NCBI GenBank assembly: GCA_963752155.1 | Contig: CAVVXH010000002.1 | Span: 1-64,000 of the forward strand | From: an uncultured Parachlamydiaceae bacterium | GTDB lineage: Bacteria; Chlamydiota; Chlamydiia; Chlamydiales; Parachlamydiaceae | Length of the DNA: 64,000 nucleotides | Reading direction: 5' to 3' | Shown here: positions 1 through 10,415 of the stretch, in pieces | How positions within the stretch are numbered: the first letter of the stretch is position 1 | Layout of the letters: each line of letters opens with the position of its first letter | Position numbers and translations under genes: made by a program | The notes under the pieces: generated by a model | What the model was told of the DNA's origin: nothing | Database searches by the model: none | Seen by the model: only the letters and a program-made list of their open reading frames with translations

Positions 1-265
1 TTCTGAGTAAGCTTTTGAGTTTACTTCTTGATATTAGCGCGCCGCTGGTCGCTGGGGGCTCCAAAAAGTTTTTATTAACTTAACTTGTAATGCCAGTAAT
101 AACTTTTACGTTCCCTTTAATGTACCAACCAAATGGAACCAGAAGGCTTTGTTCATTTTGGGAAACAGGCGAGATCTTTCATGTGAAATTCACCTATTTT
201 TTTAAAATGAAAATTCTTCGCGTAAGATCTCTTTGTGCTCTTTGCTTCTCCTAAATAACAAGTTC

Positions 266-724
266 GCGCCTTGCCATTGGTGCCTGACCTGATATTCTGA
301 CATTTGCCGATGCGATAACATTGCTTCCTAAAGGGCAAATGTCAGAATGTCAGGTCTGGAACCAAGGCTGGAACGTTAGGGACTGTGCAACAATAACTTG
401 CACGATTGGGCTGCGCCAAAGCCCCGTGGTTAAGCGATCGAAAGTGACCCCATATTTATAATATGGGGTCACTTTCGATCGCTTAACCACGGGAGCTTTC
501 GCGTTGCCCAATCATACAAGTTATTATTGCACAGTCCCTTACCCCCAAGATTTACGCAACTGAAAAAAGCGTCGTTTTCAATTAATAACAAGATACTAAA
601 TTCTGAGAGGTAACGTTTAGCCTTGGTTCCAGACCTGACATTCTGACATTTGCCCTCCTGGGAGGTTACGTTATCATTGTAGGCAAATGTCAGAATATCA
701 GGTCAGGCACCAATGGCAAGGCGC
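266..724. mobile_element. MITE-like palindromic element A, copy 1 (contains nested element B)
   Basis: 43-bp terminal inverted repeat gcgccttgccattggtgcctgacctgatattctgacatttgcc; related inner inverted repeat; second copy at 4523-4818. Confidence 0.85.
379..538. mobile_element. 160-bp palindromic element B inserted in element A, TTA target-site duplication
   Basis: Ends gggactgtgcaa...ttgcacagtccc; TTA at 376-378 and 539-541; perfect 34-bp central stem (423-456/460-493); copy 2 of A has one TTA and no insert. Confidence 0.92.
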
Positions 725-955
725 TTTAAAAATTTGTTATTTCCCAATAGGGGGCGCCGTAGGCAACTGTCTCGCTTTGCGTTTAATTTTTTCCTATACC
801 TTTATACCTTAATAGCGCTAGTAATTAACTTTTAAACTGATGTCCTTGCTAGTACGACGTTGTTCTGACTTTTCTTGTTTCAATTCTTAGGTAAATTTTT
901 CCCCAAAATGCAAAAATCTTGATTTAGTGAGAGAAATGTACTATATTCAAGGTAA

Positions 956-986
956 GGGACTTTGCAACAATAACTTCCACAGTCCC
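956..986. promoter_or_regulatory. 31-bp palindrome upstream of ATPase 1, matching element B ends
   Basis: gggactttgcaacaataacttccacagtccc flanked by TAA both sides, 15 bp before ATG; 23/25 identical to 379-403. Confidence 0.7.
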
Positions 987-1001
987 TAAAAGGAATAAAA
1001 G

Positions 1002-2429
1002 ATGCACTCTCCATTTTACGGACGCGAAAGAGAATTGAAGCTGCTGCAAGAACGATTGGAACTAAAGATTGCTAGTTTAATTGTTATTAAAGGTCGACGA
1101 AGAATTGGCAAAAGTCGCTTAGCAGAAGAATTTAGTCGGCCCTATAGATCAATAACAATTGAAGGACTACCTCCAAGAGAAGAGGCTCAGAGCTCAGAAC
1201 AGCAGAGACTTCATTTTGCCAATAGTTTAGAGCGTGAAACAGGTATTGCCGGATTAAAGACAGACGATTGGGACGATCTTTTTTGGTATTTAGCAGAAGC
1301 CACAAAAGAGGGAAGAGTCATAATCATCCTCGATGAAATCAATTGGATGGGTACAAAGGATCCCACATTTCTTGGTAAGCTGAAAACTGCATGGGATAGA
1401 TATTTTAAAAAAAATCCGCAATTGATTTTAATTTTAAGTGGTTCGATGTCGGCTTGGATAGAAGAAAACATTCTCAGTAGCACAGGATTTTTTGGGCGTA
1501 TATCTTTAAATTTAACTCTCGATGAATTACCACTTGATGAATGCAATCACTTTTGGCGACCCTATGAAAAACAAGTCTCGTCATATGAAAAATTTATGAT
1601 TCTTTCTATCACGGGAGGAATTCCTCGTTATCTAGAAGAGATTGATCCTAAACTACAAGCCAAAGAAATGATTCGTAGATTATGTTTTCGGCGCGAGGGA
1701 TTGCTTTTCATTGAATTTGAGAGAATTTTTGCGGATCTGTTTTCGAGACGCGCACCTACATATAAGAAAATTGTCATGAAACTGGCTCAAGGAGATGCAG
1801 ATTTTCAGCAATTATGCGAAACGTTAAATATGGAGAAAGGAGGAGGAGTAACTAACTATCTCCAAGATCTTGAAGAGACACAATATATACGGAGATATCA
1901 TTCTTGGAATTTAGAAGATGGAAAACTGGCCAAGTTAAGTCAATATCGACTTAAAGATAATTACATTCGTTATTATTTGAAATATATAGAGCCTCACGCT
2001 GAAGCTATAAAAAAAGGTACAATAACGACTGTTCCTGCATGGGAATCCATTATGGCCTTGCAATTTGAAAACCTTGTTTGTAACAATTGTAATAGTCTTT
2101 ATGGGCTTTTGGATATATCTAAGAATGAAATTATACAACAAGGGCCGTATTTTCAAACAGCAACAAAGTCGCGACGTGGATGTCAGATTGATTACTTGAT
2201 TCAATTAAAATACAATGCTCTTTATCTTTGTGAGATAAAATATTCATCCAAACCGATAGGCTTAAAAGTTATTCAAGAAGTACAGAAAAAAATGCAAAAT
2301 CTTAATCTTCCCAGGCAACAATTTTCTTTACGCCCGGTTCTAATCCATGTGAATGGAGTAAGCGACGCGGTGCGTTCTAGTGCATTTTTTACGCACATTA
2401 TCGATTTTTCTCAACTGCTATTTAAGTAA
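1002..2429 (+). CDS. ATPase_2-like ATPase with wHTH and C-terminal PD-(D/E)XK-like domain (paralogue 1)
   Basis: Walker A GRRRIGKS, Walker B IILDE, TGGIPRYL, C-terminal QIDY...LCEIK. Confidence 0.9.
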   Translation: MHSPFYGRERELKLLQERLELKIASLIVIKGRRRIGKSRLAEEFSRPYRSITIEGLPPREEAQSSEQQRLHFANSLERETGIAGLKTDDWDDLFWYLAEATKEGRVIIILDEINWMGTKDPTFLGKLKTAWDRYFKKNPQLILILSGSMSAWIEENILSSTGFFGRISLNLTLDELPLDECNHFWRPYEKQVSSYEKFMILSITGGIPRYLEEIDPKLQAKEMIRRLCFRREGLLFIEFERIFADLFSRRAPTYKKIVMKLAQGDADFQQLCETLNMEKGGGVTNYLQDLEETQYIRRYHSWNLEDGKLAKLSQYRLKDNYIRYYLKYIEPHAEAIKKGTITTVPAWESIMALQFENLVCNNCNSLYGLLDISKNEIIQQGPYFQTATKSRRGCQIDYLIQLKYNALYLCEIKYSSKPIGLKVIQEVQKKMQNLNLPRQQFSLRPVLIHVNGVSDAVRSSAFFTHIIDFSQLLFK

Positions 2430-2545
2430 GAAAAAAATGTGCAATATGATCTGTAAAATCATATTCCGTAAATTTTACTGATTAAAGAAATTCAATATTC
2501 GATTATCATCATTATTGAAAACAATACAATATGGAGGTAATTTAT

Positions 2546-3538
2546 ATGAATTTTGAAGTAAACGAAATTAGTAATAAAATGTCTGTTGCTAATAAAATGG
2601 AAATTGATTTTGCTTCATCTGTTGAAGTAACAGAAAGAGATCGAATTTATAAAATGGTCACTGCAACGTTAGAGAATGGAGAAATTTGTTTTCCTTCTAA
2701 GGATGCATTTTCTGAAGCAATAAGCGTTGGTTTTTTCCGTGTTAAAGCTCATGCTGAAATGAATTTAGAAATAGGGCGTACTTTTGCTCGAACCTTTACT
2801 TCAACGCCCAAATATAACCAATTTGGCGTCCTAAATGTGGTCAATGGTTATCTTCAAAGCGAACAAAATCAAACTGTTCGATTCTCCCTGGAGCGCGATC
2901 ATTGGGACAAATGTCACGTAAATCAAAAAGAAATTGATGGACCTAGTAATTATCCAGTGGAAATTCAAAAATTGGGTCATCAAATGTATGATATTGGGAT
3001 TAAAGTTTTGAAAACCATTTTAAAAGAATTTAAAGTCCCCGAAGAACTGTGGTTTGAAGCTACAGGAGGGAGTTCGGAAGGAGAAGGATCGTATTTTCTC
3101 TTATTTAACTGCTATGATCCTAAAAATGGAACTTCAAAGGCTCATGGAGTTGCACCTCATAAAGACTGGGGGCATATAACTGTACTTGATGCAACGGAGG
3201 AGGGTTTAGAGGGAGAAATTGATGGTATCTGGAGATCAATTTACCTTGAAGATGGGTATCTAACCATTAACTTCGGCTATCCACTAGAAAAATTACTCCC
3301 AAAAGTCAAAGCTTCTAACCATAGAGTGACGACTCAAATGGATAAAATGAGAACATCTGTTGTTGCATTTATTGATCCTCGAGTTGGTACATACCGGAAC
3401 CATTTAGAACGGCAAGGTGTTGGTATGGTTTATGATTGGAATGAAAAATTAAGCAAATTAGAAAATGGTGAAACGACGACTTCTTTCTTTACAAGTCTGA
3501 GTCATTCCTTATATGGACAAAATCAATCAGGAAAATAA
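2546..3538 (+). CDS. 2OG-Fe(II) oxygenase, IPNS/DIOX-like
   Basis: HxD (PHKDWG), distal HRV, RxS (RTS); GGAGG before ATG 2546. Confidence 0.85.
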   Translation: MNFEVNEISNKMSVANKMEIDFASSVEVTERDRIYKMVTATLENGEICFPSKDAFSEAISVGFFRVKAHAEMNLEIGRTFARTFTSTPKYNQFGVLNVVNGYLQSEQNQTVRFSLERDHWDKCHVNQKEIDGPSNYPVEIQKLGHQMYDIGIKVLKTILKEFKVPEELWFEATGGSSEGEGSYFLLFNCYDPKNGTSKAHGVAPHKDWGHITVLDATEEGLEGEIDGIWRSIYLEDGYLTINFGYPLEKLLPKVKASNHRVTTQMDKMRTSVVAFIDPRVGTYRNHLERQGVGMVYDWNEKLSKLENGETTTSFFTSLSHSLYGQNQSGK

Positions 3539-3558
3539 AAAGTTGAAATGAGAGAATA

Positions 3559-3585
3559 GCTATCTTGAGAATTCATCAAGATAGC
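3559..3585. terminator. Probable bidirectional terminator
   Basis: gctatcttga/tcaagatagc 10-bp stem between convergent genes. Confidence 0.6.
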
Positions 3586-3597
3586 ATTTTTAAGATC

Positions 3598-4350
3598 TTA
3601 CCATTCGGGAAACATTTTGACAAGATCGAGAGTTTTTTTTACGTTAAGTTTTTCTTTTGCAGTTTGTAAGTAATTTTCTATTGTTCGACGTGACAGATGC
3701 ATGATTTGACCAACTTCTGCTGCAGTATTTCCCTTTGCAGTATAAAAAATACATTCCTTCTCTCGAGTGCTTAGTAACTCCATATACGGACTTAAACTTT
3801 TAGAAAATTTTTTTTGTTCAGGTGAACAAGTTTGATGGCAAGATAAGTAGATAGATGGGGTGATCAAACGATTTGTTTCTCCTTCTCTAATCATTTTATG
3901 AAACCGATCAACAAAGAGAAGCATAAACTTTTCAAGAAAATAAAAATTTTTTAACAATTCAACATCCATATCTAAAGGCATTTTTCGACTGTAAAAGCAA
4001 AAAATATCTGTCCAGGCGGGCTGTTCTCTAGCAATAGAGATGCCTGAATGAAAACCCCAATGAGTACGTCCTTCTTTCCAAATTAAATTATTCGGATTAT
4101 GACTCCATAAGCTGATCCCAGACCGAATCAACATATGATCTTGAGCATTTTTTACATTTATATTTCCTCTTAAATATCGTTTCAAAAAATCTTCTGACCA
4201 TTTAAGTTGGTTTGAAAGATCAATGAAAGATCCATCAGGAAATCGTCGCATAAATATGAAGCCATCAATGTTCAAGTTAGTTAGAGGAGAGCACGCTGTA
4301 ATAATCGTATCTGCATGTCGAAATAAAATATGATTCTTTAATTCGTTCAT
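3598..4350 (-). CDS. LuxR-family regulator with putative N-terminal ligand-binding domain
   Basis: C-terminal LSTREKEC...G.TAAEVG..MHLSRRTIENY..AKEKL HTH. Confidence 0.88.
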   Translation of the reverse strand: MNELKNHILFRHADTIITACSPLTNLNIDGFIFMRRFPDGSFIDLSNQLKWSEDFLKRYLRGNINVKNAQDHMLIRSGISLWSHNPNNLIWKEGRTHWGFHSGISIAREQPAWTDIFCFYSRKMPLDMDVELLKNFYFLEKFMLLFVDRFHKMIREGETNRLITPSIYLSCHQTCSPEQKKFSKSLSPYMELLSTREKECIFYTAKGNTAAEVGQIMHLSRRTIENYLQTAKEKLNVKKTLDLVKMFPEW

Positions 4351-4522
4351 AATTTTTTTTCTATCCTTTTTATAGAATAATCAAATAGATGCAAAGATAA
4401 CTCATTTCTTGCGCTTTTATATTTGTTTTTGTTAAGTAGAAACTGGATATCTTTAGTATATCACACAATAAATTTAATTTGAAGGAAATTTTAACGCCTA
4501 AAATTTGTTTTTTTAAGGAAAA

Positions 4523-4818
4523 CGCCTTGCCATTGGTGCCTGACCTGATATTCTGACATTTGCCGATGCAATAACATTGTTTCCTAAAGTGCAAATGTCA
4601 GAATGTCAGGTCTGGAACCAAGGCTGGAACATTACCCCCAAGATTTACGCAACTGAAAGAAGCGTTGTTTTCAATTAATAACAAGCTACTTAATCCCGAG
4701 AGGTAACGTTCTGGCCTTGGTTCCAGACCTGACATTCTGACATTTGCCCTTTTAAGAGGTTTTGTTTTTTGTTTAGGCAAATGTCAGAATATCAGGTCAG
4801 GCACCAATGGCAAGGCGC
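4523..4818. mobile_element. MITE-like palindromic element A, copy 2 (empty site for B)
   Basis: Direct-orientation homologue of 266-724; similarity continues about 50 bp to the right in both copies. Confidence 0.85.
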
Positions 4819-5006
4819 TCTAAAAGTTTGTTATTTCCCGATAGGGAACGCCACAGGCAACTGATTCGCTATGTGCTAACAGACATTTAATTTGAAGCAA
4901 GGAAAGGAAAATGCCGCTGGATTTTATTGGTTTTTAATGATATGATGGCTTTTTTATAGATCAGAACATTTATTAAACACCACCACTCAACAATCCTTAA
5001 GGTCCC

Positions 5007-5894
5007 ATGCTTCATGAACTAGAGTTAGAATTTATAAATTATATTCAGCTGTTTAGAAACCCGCTATTTGATTATTTTTTTAAATTCTTAGATTTTTTTG
5101 ACAGGCAAGAATTCTTCTTTATATTGATACCCATCATTTGGCTCGGCAAAGGATGGAAAACGGGATTGCGATTATTCTATATTCTATTTTTCAGTAGCTT
5201 CATCAATCAAGTCTTGAAAGAATTCTTTTTGTCTCCAAGACCTTTTCATATTGATGTTAATGTAGGAATTATTCAGGTCGGTGGATTGGGCTTTCCGAGT
5301 GGTGCAGCGCAGACCGTAATTCTCTTATCCGGTCTTTTATTAATTTCATGGAAAACTCCTTGGAAATGGGTGCTAGCTTCCACCTACACTTTGTTTGTCT
5401 CTTTTTCACGCGTATATCTAGGAATTCATTTTCCAAGCGATATCTTAGGTGGTTGGTTGATAGGTTTTTGCCTATTGGCTATTTTTGTTTATGTCCTACC
5501 TCCTATTGAGAGACAGTTAGAGCGATTGAATTCATTGTCTCTTTTTCTGCTAAGTCAAGCCATCCCGATGTTAGTACTTACTTGTCAGCATTCAATTCTT
5601 ATCCTCTCTATTTCTAGTATTGCAATGGGAATGGGCTTAGGACTGTTTATCATTCATTCTTATCATCTGTTATTAATACTTCCTAAAACTCGCAAGGAAT
5701 TTATTTTGAGAGGATTAGTAGGAGTTTTAGGAACGTTTGCTTATTATTCCATGACATTGTTGCTTCCAACTTCTAATTCAATCTTCTATCTCTTCCCAAA
5801 ATTTTTATTGCTTGGCCTTTGGGTAAGCTTAGGAAGTCAGCTCGTTTGTCGAGAAATCTTTAGAAACAATCAGGCATTAGAGGCAAGTTCATGA
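5007..5894 (+). CDS. PAP2-family membrane phosphatase-like protein
   Basis: KxxxxxxRP, FPSG(A), SRVYLGIHFPSD motifs; many TM segments. Confidence 0.85.
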   Translation: MLHELELEFINYIQLFRNPLFDYFFKFLDFFDRQEFFFILIPIIWLGKGWKTGLRLFYILFFSSFINQVLKEFFLSPRPFHIDVNVGIIQVGGLGFPSGAAQTVILLSGLLLISWKTPWKWVLASTYTLFVSFSRVYLGIHFPSDILGGWLIGFCLLAIFVYVLPPIERQLERLNSLSLFLLSQAIPMLVLTCQHSILILSISSIAMGMGLGLFIIHSYHLLLILPKTRKEFILRGLVGVLGTFAYYSMTLLLPTSNSIFYLFPKFLLLGLWVSLGSQLVCREIFRNNQALEASS

Positions 5895-6430
5895 CCAAAA
5901 AATTACTCTATTTTTTTATCGCGGTTGGGTGTTTAATAGGAGGATCTTATTTCTATTTATCGAAACACTTCTCAGAGTATTCTGCAGACCAATATTGTGC
6001 TTTTTGCGACATCAATGTTTTAGATCGCCAAAAATTTTATGAAGATGACCTAGTTTTTGCGCTCTATACACATAAACCCGTTTTATCTGGACATTGTCTT
6101 ATTATTCCAAAGAGACATATTGAACGTTTTGAAATGTTGACCGATGAAGAGCTCATGCAAGTTGGTAGAGTCATTAAGAAAGTCGATCAAGCAGTCTCAA
6201 ACGTATTTAAAACGTCATCTTATCTATTACTTCAGAAAAATGGTGCAGAAGTCGGTCAAACCGTACCTCATGTTCATTTTCATTACATTCCTCGAGAAAA
6301 AGGAGATGATTCAACTCTCAAGTTTTTAGCAAAAATGAATATTGCAAATGTGCAAAAGCCCCTTTCTGCTGCTGAAATGGAGAATATTGTAGAAAAAATG
6401 AAAAAAGCAATGTCTTACAGTAATTCCTAA
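5891..6430 (+). CDS. HIT-family nucleotide hydrolase with N-terminal membrane anchor
   Basis: CAFC, GHCLIIPKRH, GQTVPHVHFHYIP histidine triad. Confidence 0.92.
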   Translation: MTKKLLYFFIAVGCLIGGSYFYLSKHFSEYSADQYCAFCDINVLDRQKFYEDDLVFALYTHKPVLSGHCLIIPKRHIERFEMLTDEELMQVGRVIKKVDQAVSNVFKTSSYLLLQKNGAEVGQTVPHVHFHYIPREKGDDSTLKFLAKMNIANVQKPLSAAEMENIVEKMKKAMSYSNS

Positions 6431-6687
6431 TGAAAGCCTTTTGAAGAAAGTCTCTTCAAGCGCTGTCTTTAATCTGTTTATTTTAGATTAAATCTTTAAC
6501 AAAAGAGGAATATGGAGCCCGCTTTACCTTTAAGTATTTTTCATCAAAACAAAGATGTATCTGATATAATTTTTCATATCCAGCTGCATCGGAGTGTAGT
6601 GAGAGTTAGACTGAGGATTATTTAGTTTTTTAATGACAGACGCTCCAAGTTTTGGCAATATAAAATTTAGTCAATTAAGGAGGCGCT

Positions 6688-9552
6688 ATGCAAGGTTTTA
6701 CGAATACGTTGAAGGCTCTTAAATCACTGGGAAACGATCGTTATTATTATTCATTACCTGCGTTAGAAGAGCAAGGAATAGGCTCCATACAAAGGTTGCC
6801 CCTCTCAATACGCATTCTATTGGAAGCTTTACTGCGCAATTGTGACGGCAATTTTATCAAAGAAGAAGATGTTCACCGCTTAGCGCATTGGAATGCCAAA
6901 GACCCAAATGATGACGATATTCCTTTTGTCGTTTCTCGCGTGCTTTTGCAAGATTTTACCGGGGTTCCATTACTCGTAGATTTAGCCATGATGCGTGATG
7001 GTGTGGCAGCTCTCAAAATGGATCCTGCTTTAGTAGAACCCAATGTGCCTGTAGACCTAGTGATAGACCATTCTGTTCAAGTGGATCAGGCTGGAACAGA
7101 AGATGCCTTTGCCTTTAATTTAAAAACGGAAATAAAACGAAATATCGAAAGATATTCTTTTTTAAAATGGGGGCAAAATGCATTTAAGTCCTTTCGAGTC
7201 ATCCCTCCAGGTATTGGCATTGTTCATCAAATTAACCTTGAACATCTTGCTACAGTCGTATCAACCAAAAAACAAGGTAATGCTCAATTGCTATATCCCG
7301 ACAGTTTGGTAGGGACCGATTCCCATACGACGATGATTAATGGTTTAGGGGTTTTAGGATGGGGCGTCGGTGGAATAGAGGCTGAAGCTGCTATGTTAGG
7401 GCAGCCAGTCTTTGTGCATACTCCTCAAGTTGTTGGAGTGCATCTTTATGGCCGCTTAAATGAAGGGGTAACTGCGACTGATTTAACCTTAAATATTACA
7501 GAACTTTTACGTAAAGCAAAAGTTGTAGATAAGTTTGTCGAATTTTTTGGGGAAGGAGTCGAGCATCTATCGGTCGCTGACAGGGCAACGATAGCAAATA
7601 TGGCTCCTGAGTATGGTGCGACTGTCGGTTTATTTCCCATTGACGAGAAAACACTGAACTATCTTCGTTTGACAGGGCGGCGAAGAGATGAAATTCAACT
7701 TGTCAAAGAGTACTACACGGCTCAAAAAATGTTTGGAGTGCCAAAGAAAGGGGACATTGACTTTTCGAACGTGTTAGAACTCGATTTATCATCAATTCGC
7801 CCTTGCGTTGCAGGTCCAAAACGTCCTCAAGACCGAATCGAATTGTCAAATCTAAAAGAAAAATTTCGTCATTTATTGAAAGCTCCGATTGCAGAAGGAG
7901 GATATGCGACGACGACAGATCCAAAAGTTTGCGTCCATGCTGGCGGAGCTTATAGCTTTGAAACACATTTGACCGGAGGAACTACAGCCATTGATTCCAT
8001 CAGTCTGGAAACAAACGAGAAAGATGGCGCTTTGTATTCTGCCTGGAGCGAACTGGAAATGGTGACCAATCGCCCATCAACTTACCCGGCTCAAAATCGG
8101 GAAGAATCTGAAAAATTGGTGTCCGATATTATTCTAAGGCATGGATCAGTCGCTATTGCTGCGATTACTAGCTGTACAAATACAAGTAATCCCAGCGTGA
8201 TGATTGCGGCTGGGCTTCTAGCAAAGAAAGCTGTGGAAAAAGGTTTGAAAGTCAATTCAATGATTAAAACAAGTTTAGCCCCTGGATCGCGCGTTGTGAC
8301 CGATTATCTTGAAAAAACTGATCTGCAGAAGTATCTAGACGCCCTAGGGTTTCAACTCGTTGCTTATGGTTGCACAACATGTATCGGCAACAGTGGACCT
8401 TTGGAAGAGCGGATCGAAAATGCGATTGAAGAGCATGATTTAGTTGCTGTGAGCGTTTTAAGCGGGAACCGCAACTTTGAAGCACGCATTAACAGTAGTA
8501 TCAAAGCGAATTTTCTTATGTCACCTCCATTGGTCGTTGCCTTTGCCATCGCAGGACGCATCGATATTGATATGGCCAACGAACCATTGGGGTGCGATTC
8601 TAACGGCAATAAGGTCTACCTGCACGATATTTGGCCTTCGACAAAAGAAATTGAAGAAGCGATCTCTAAGGGCGTAAAGCCCGAAATGTTTTCATCTCGA
8701 TATAGTAATATCTATCAAGAAAACCCTTCATGGGATGAAATTTCTTCTCCAGAAGGCACACAATATTCCTGGGACCCAAAGAGTTCTTATATTCGACGTC
8801 CTCCATTCATCGAAGAAAGTGCGCCGGAAGATGCGCAAATTCCTCATACTTTAGATGGAATAAGGGTCTTAGCACTCTTCGGCGATTCAGTGACAACCGA
8901 CCATATTTCTCCTGCAGGATCTTTCCTTAAGGATCAACCTGCCGGAAAATATTTAAACGCTATGGGAATAAAGGAAACGAATTTTAATAGTTACGGAAGT
9001 AGACGAGGAAATTATGAAGTGATGACCCGCGGCACCTTTGCCAACGTACGTATTCGCAATAAAATGGTCGACCGAGAAGGGGGATATACAAAACTTCAGC
9101 CTGAAGGTACCGAAATGCCTATCTATGAAGCTTCAAAAATTTATCTCGAAAGGGGCGTGCCACTGATCATCTTTGCAGGCAAAGATTATGGGATGGGAAG
9201 TTCTCGCGATTGGGCTGCTAAGGGAACAGCTTTGCTTGGAGTTAAGGTTGTCGTGGCCCAAAGTTTTGAACGTATTCATCGAAGCAATTTAATTGGAATG
9301 GGAATATTGCCATTACAGTTTATGGATGGAGAGAGTTTTAAAAGCTTAGGGATTACCGGAAGTGAATCATTTTCATTGGTAAGTTTAGAGGGTATTCTTA
9401 CGCCGCATCATGAAGTAATTCTTGAAATTTATGATGGAGAAAATGTGCGGAAGATTCCATTGCTTTCGCGATTGGACACTCCTAGTGATGTTGAATACTA
9501 TCGAAATGGAGGGATCATACCTTTTATTTATCGCAAAATTATTGGGAATTAG
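6688..9552 (+). CDS. acnA: Aconitate hydratase A
   Basis: [46 protein letters not shown]. Confidence 0.98.
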   Translation: MQGFTNTLKALKSLGNDRYYYSLPALEEQGIGSIQRLPLSIRILLEALLRNCDGNFIKEEDVHRLAHWNAKDPNDDDIPFVVSRVLLQDFTGVPLLVDLAMMRDGVAALKMDPALVEPNVPVDLVIDHSVQVDQAGTEDAFAFNLKTEIKRNIERYSFLKWGQNAFKSFRVIPPGIGIVHQINLEHLATVVSTKKQGNAQLLYPDSLVGTDSHTTMINGLGVLGWGVGGIEAEAAMLGQPVFVHTPQVVGVHLYGRLNEGVTATDLTLNITELLRKAKVVDKFVEFFGEGVEHLSVADRATIANMAPEYGATVGLFPIDEKTLNYLRLTGRRRDEIQLVKEYYTAQKMFGVPKKGDIDFSNVLELDLSSIRPCVAGPKRPQDRIELSNLKEKFRHLLKAPIAEGGYATTTDPKVCVHAGGAYSFETHLTGGTTAIDSISLETNEKDGALYSAWSELEMVTNRPSTYPAQNREESEKLVSDIILRHGSVAIAAITSCTNTSNPSVMIAAGLLAKKAVEKGLKVNSMIKTSLAPGSRVVTDYLEKTDLQKYLDALGFQLVAYGCTTCIGNSGPLEERIENAIEEHDLVAVSVLSGNRNFEARINSSIKANFLMSPPLVVAFAIAGRIDIDMANEPLGCDSNGNKVYLHDIWPSTKEIEEAISKGVKPEMFSSRYSNIYQENPSWDEISSPEGTQYSWDPKSSYIRRPPFIEESAPEDAQIPHTLDGIRVLALFGDSVTTDHISPAGSFLKDQPAGKYLNAMGIKETNFNSYGSRRGNYEVMTRGTFANVRIRNKMVDREGGYTKLQPEGTEMPIYEASKIYLERGVPLIIFAGKDYGMGSSRDWAAKGTALLGVKVVVAQSFERIHRSNLIGMGILPLQFMDGESFKSLGITGSESFSLVSLEGILTPHHEVILEIYDGENVRKIPLLSRLDTPSDVEYYRNGGIIPFIYRKIIGN

Positions 9553-10127
9553 TGTTGATCAACATATTCCATGATCACTTGTTTTCCGTTGGGAGTTTCT
9601 TTAAACCCTGCATCATTTATGCTTGGGACATAAATCGCCTTTCCGTTGAATCCAAAAGTAAATTTTACTTCATAAGGTTCGTGAGGATCTATCAAACACT
9701 TTGATTCTTCCCATTCTTCGTGAGGGGCATATCCATTTTTTTTAGCGAATGCAATAGCTCCAAGAATTAAACTTCTAGCATCTTGATAAGAAATGAATTC
9801 TTTAGTAATTCTTTCGTTAAGTATTTCATATTTAGCAAGCGTTGACTTTGAAATATCTACCGATATAAATGCATCCTTCAGCCCAAGACATAAAAGGTCT
9901 AACAAGTAACTCCCAACGGTATAGTTTCCATTTGGCATTGTCTTTGCTACAAAGACAGTTATTTTGTGGGATTTATTTTCCTCACATAAAGTCCAACATT
10001 GGTAGACTGGCCACTGACTCGTTACTTTGATAATTTCACTTGAGTTTTTCTCTATAAAAATTTTGTAACAACAAAATTTATATTTTTTCCCACTTTTACA
10101 TGAGCACGGGTCGTATAAAGGTATCAT
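9549..10127 (-). CDS. SEC-C motif protein
   Basis: N-terminal [15 protein letters not shown]. Confidence 0.8.
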   Translation of the reverse strand: MIPLYDPCSCKSGKKYKFCCYKIFIEKNSSEIIKVTSQWPVYQCWTLCEENKSHKITVFVAKTMPNGNYTVGSYLLDLLCLGLKDAFISVDISKSTLAKYEILNERITKEFISYQDARSLILGAIAFAKKNGYAPHEEWEESKCLIDPHEPYEVKFTFGFNGKAIYVPSINDAGFKETPNGKQVIMEYVDQH

Positions 10128-10267
10128 TTTTTTCCATTGAGTTTGAAGTTTTCAGCTTAGAGTTTATCACTGAATTTTTTAAAAAGCTATTCATTTTTTT
10201 GAATACACAGCACGAAAAAAAATAATTTTTCAAAAAGAAAGCAGGCATATGAAATCAGAACAATTAG

Positions 10268-10410
10268 GCTATGTTCACCTGGACACGAGAAACTTTCGCT
10301 CAATTATTCCACCTCTGTGTTCTCTGTGATCTCTGTGGTAAAAAAAATCTACCACAGAGATCACAGAGAACACAGAGGAGGAATAATTGAGCGAAGAAGT
10401 GAACAAGGCT
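10268..10410. repeat. Palindromic element C with internal 9-bp repeats and flanking 9-bp direct repeat
   Basis: About 45-bp stem with 3x ctctgtgNt and its inverse; aacaattag at 10259-10267 and 10411-10419. Confidence 0.85.
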
Positions 10411-10415
10411 AACAA

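Noticed and set aside
153..338. Short ORFs here and at 4370-4594 and 4598-4780
   Set aside because: They are translations of palindromic element A; their similarity is explained by the DNA repeat.
893..918. Resemblance to the ATPase 3 upstream motif (ttccccaaaa)
   Set aside because: Low complexity and not palindromic here.
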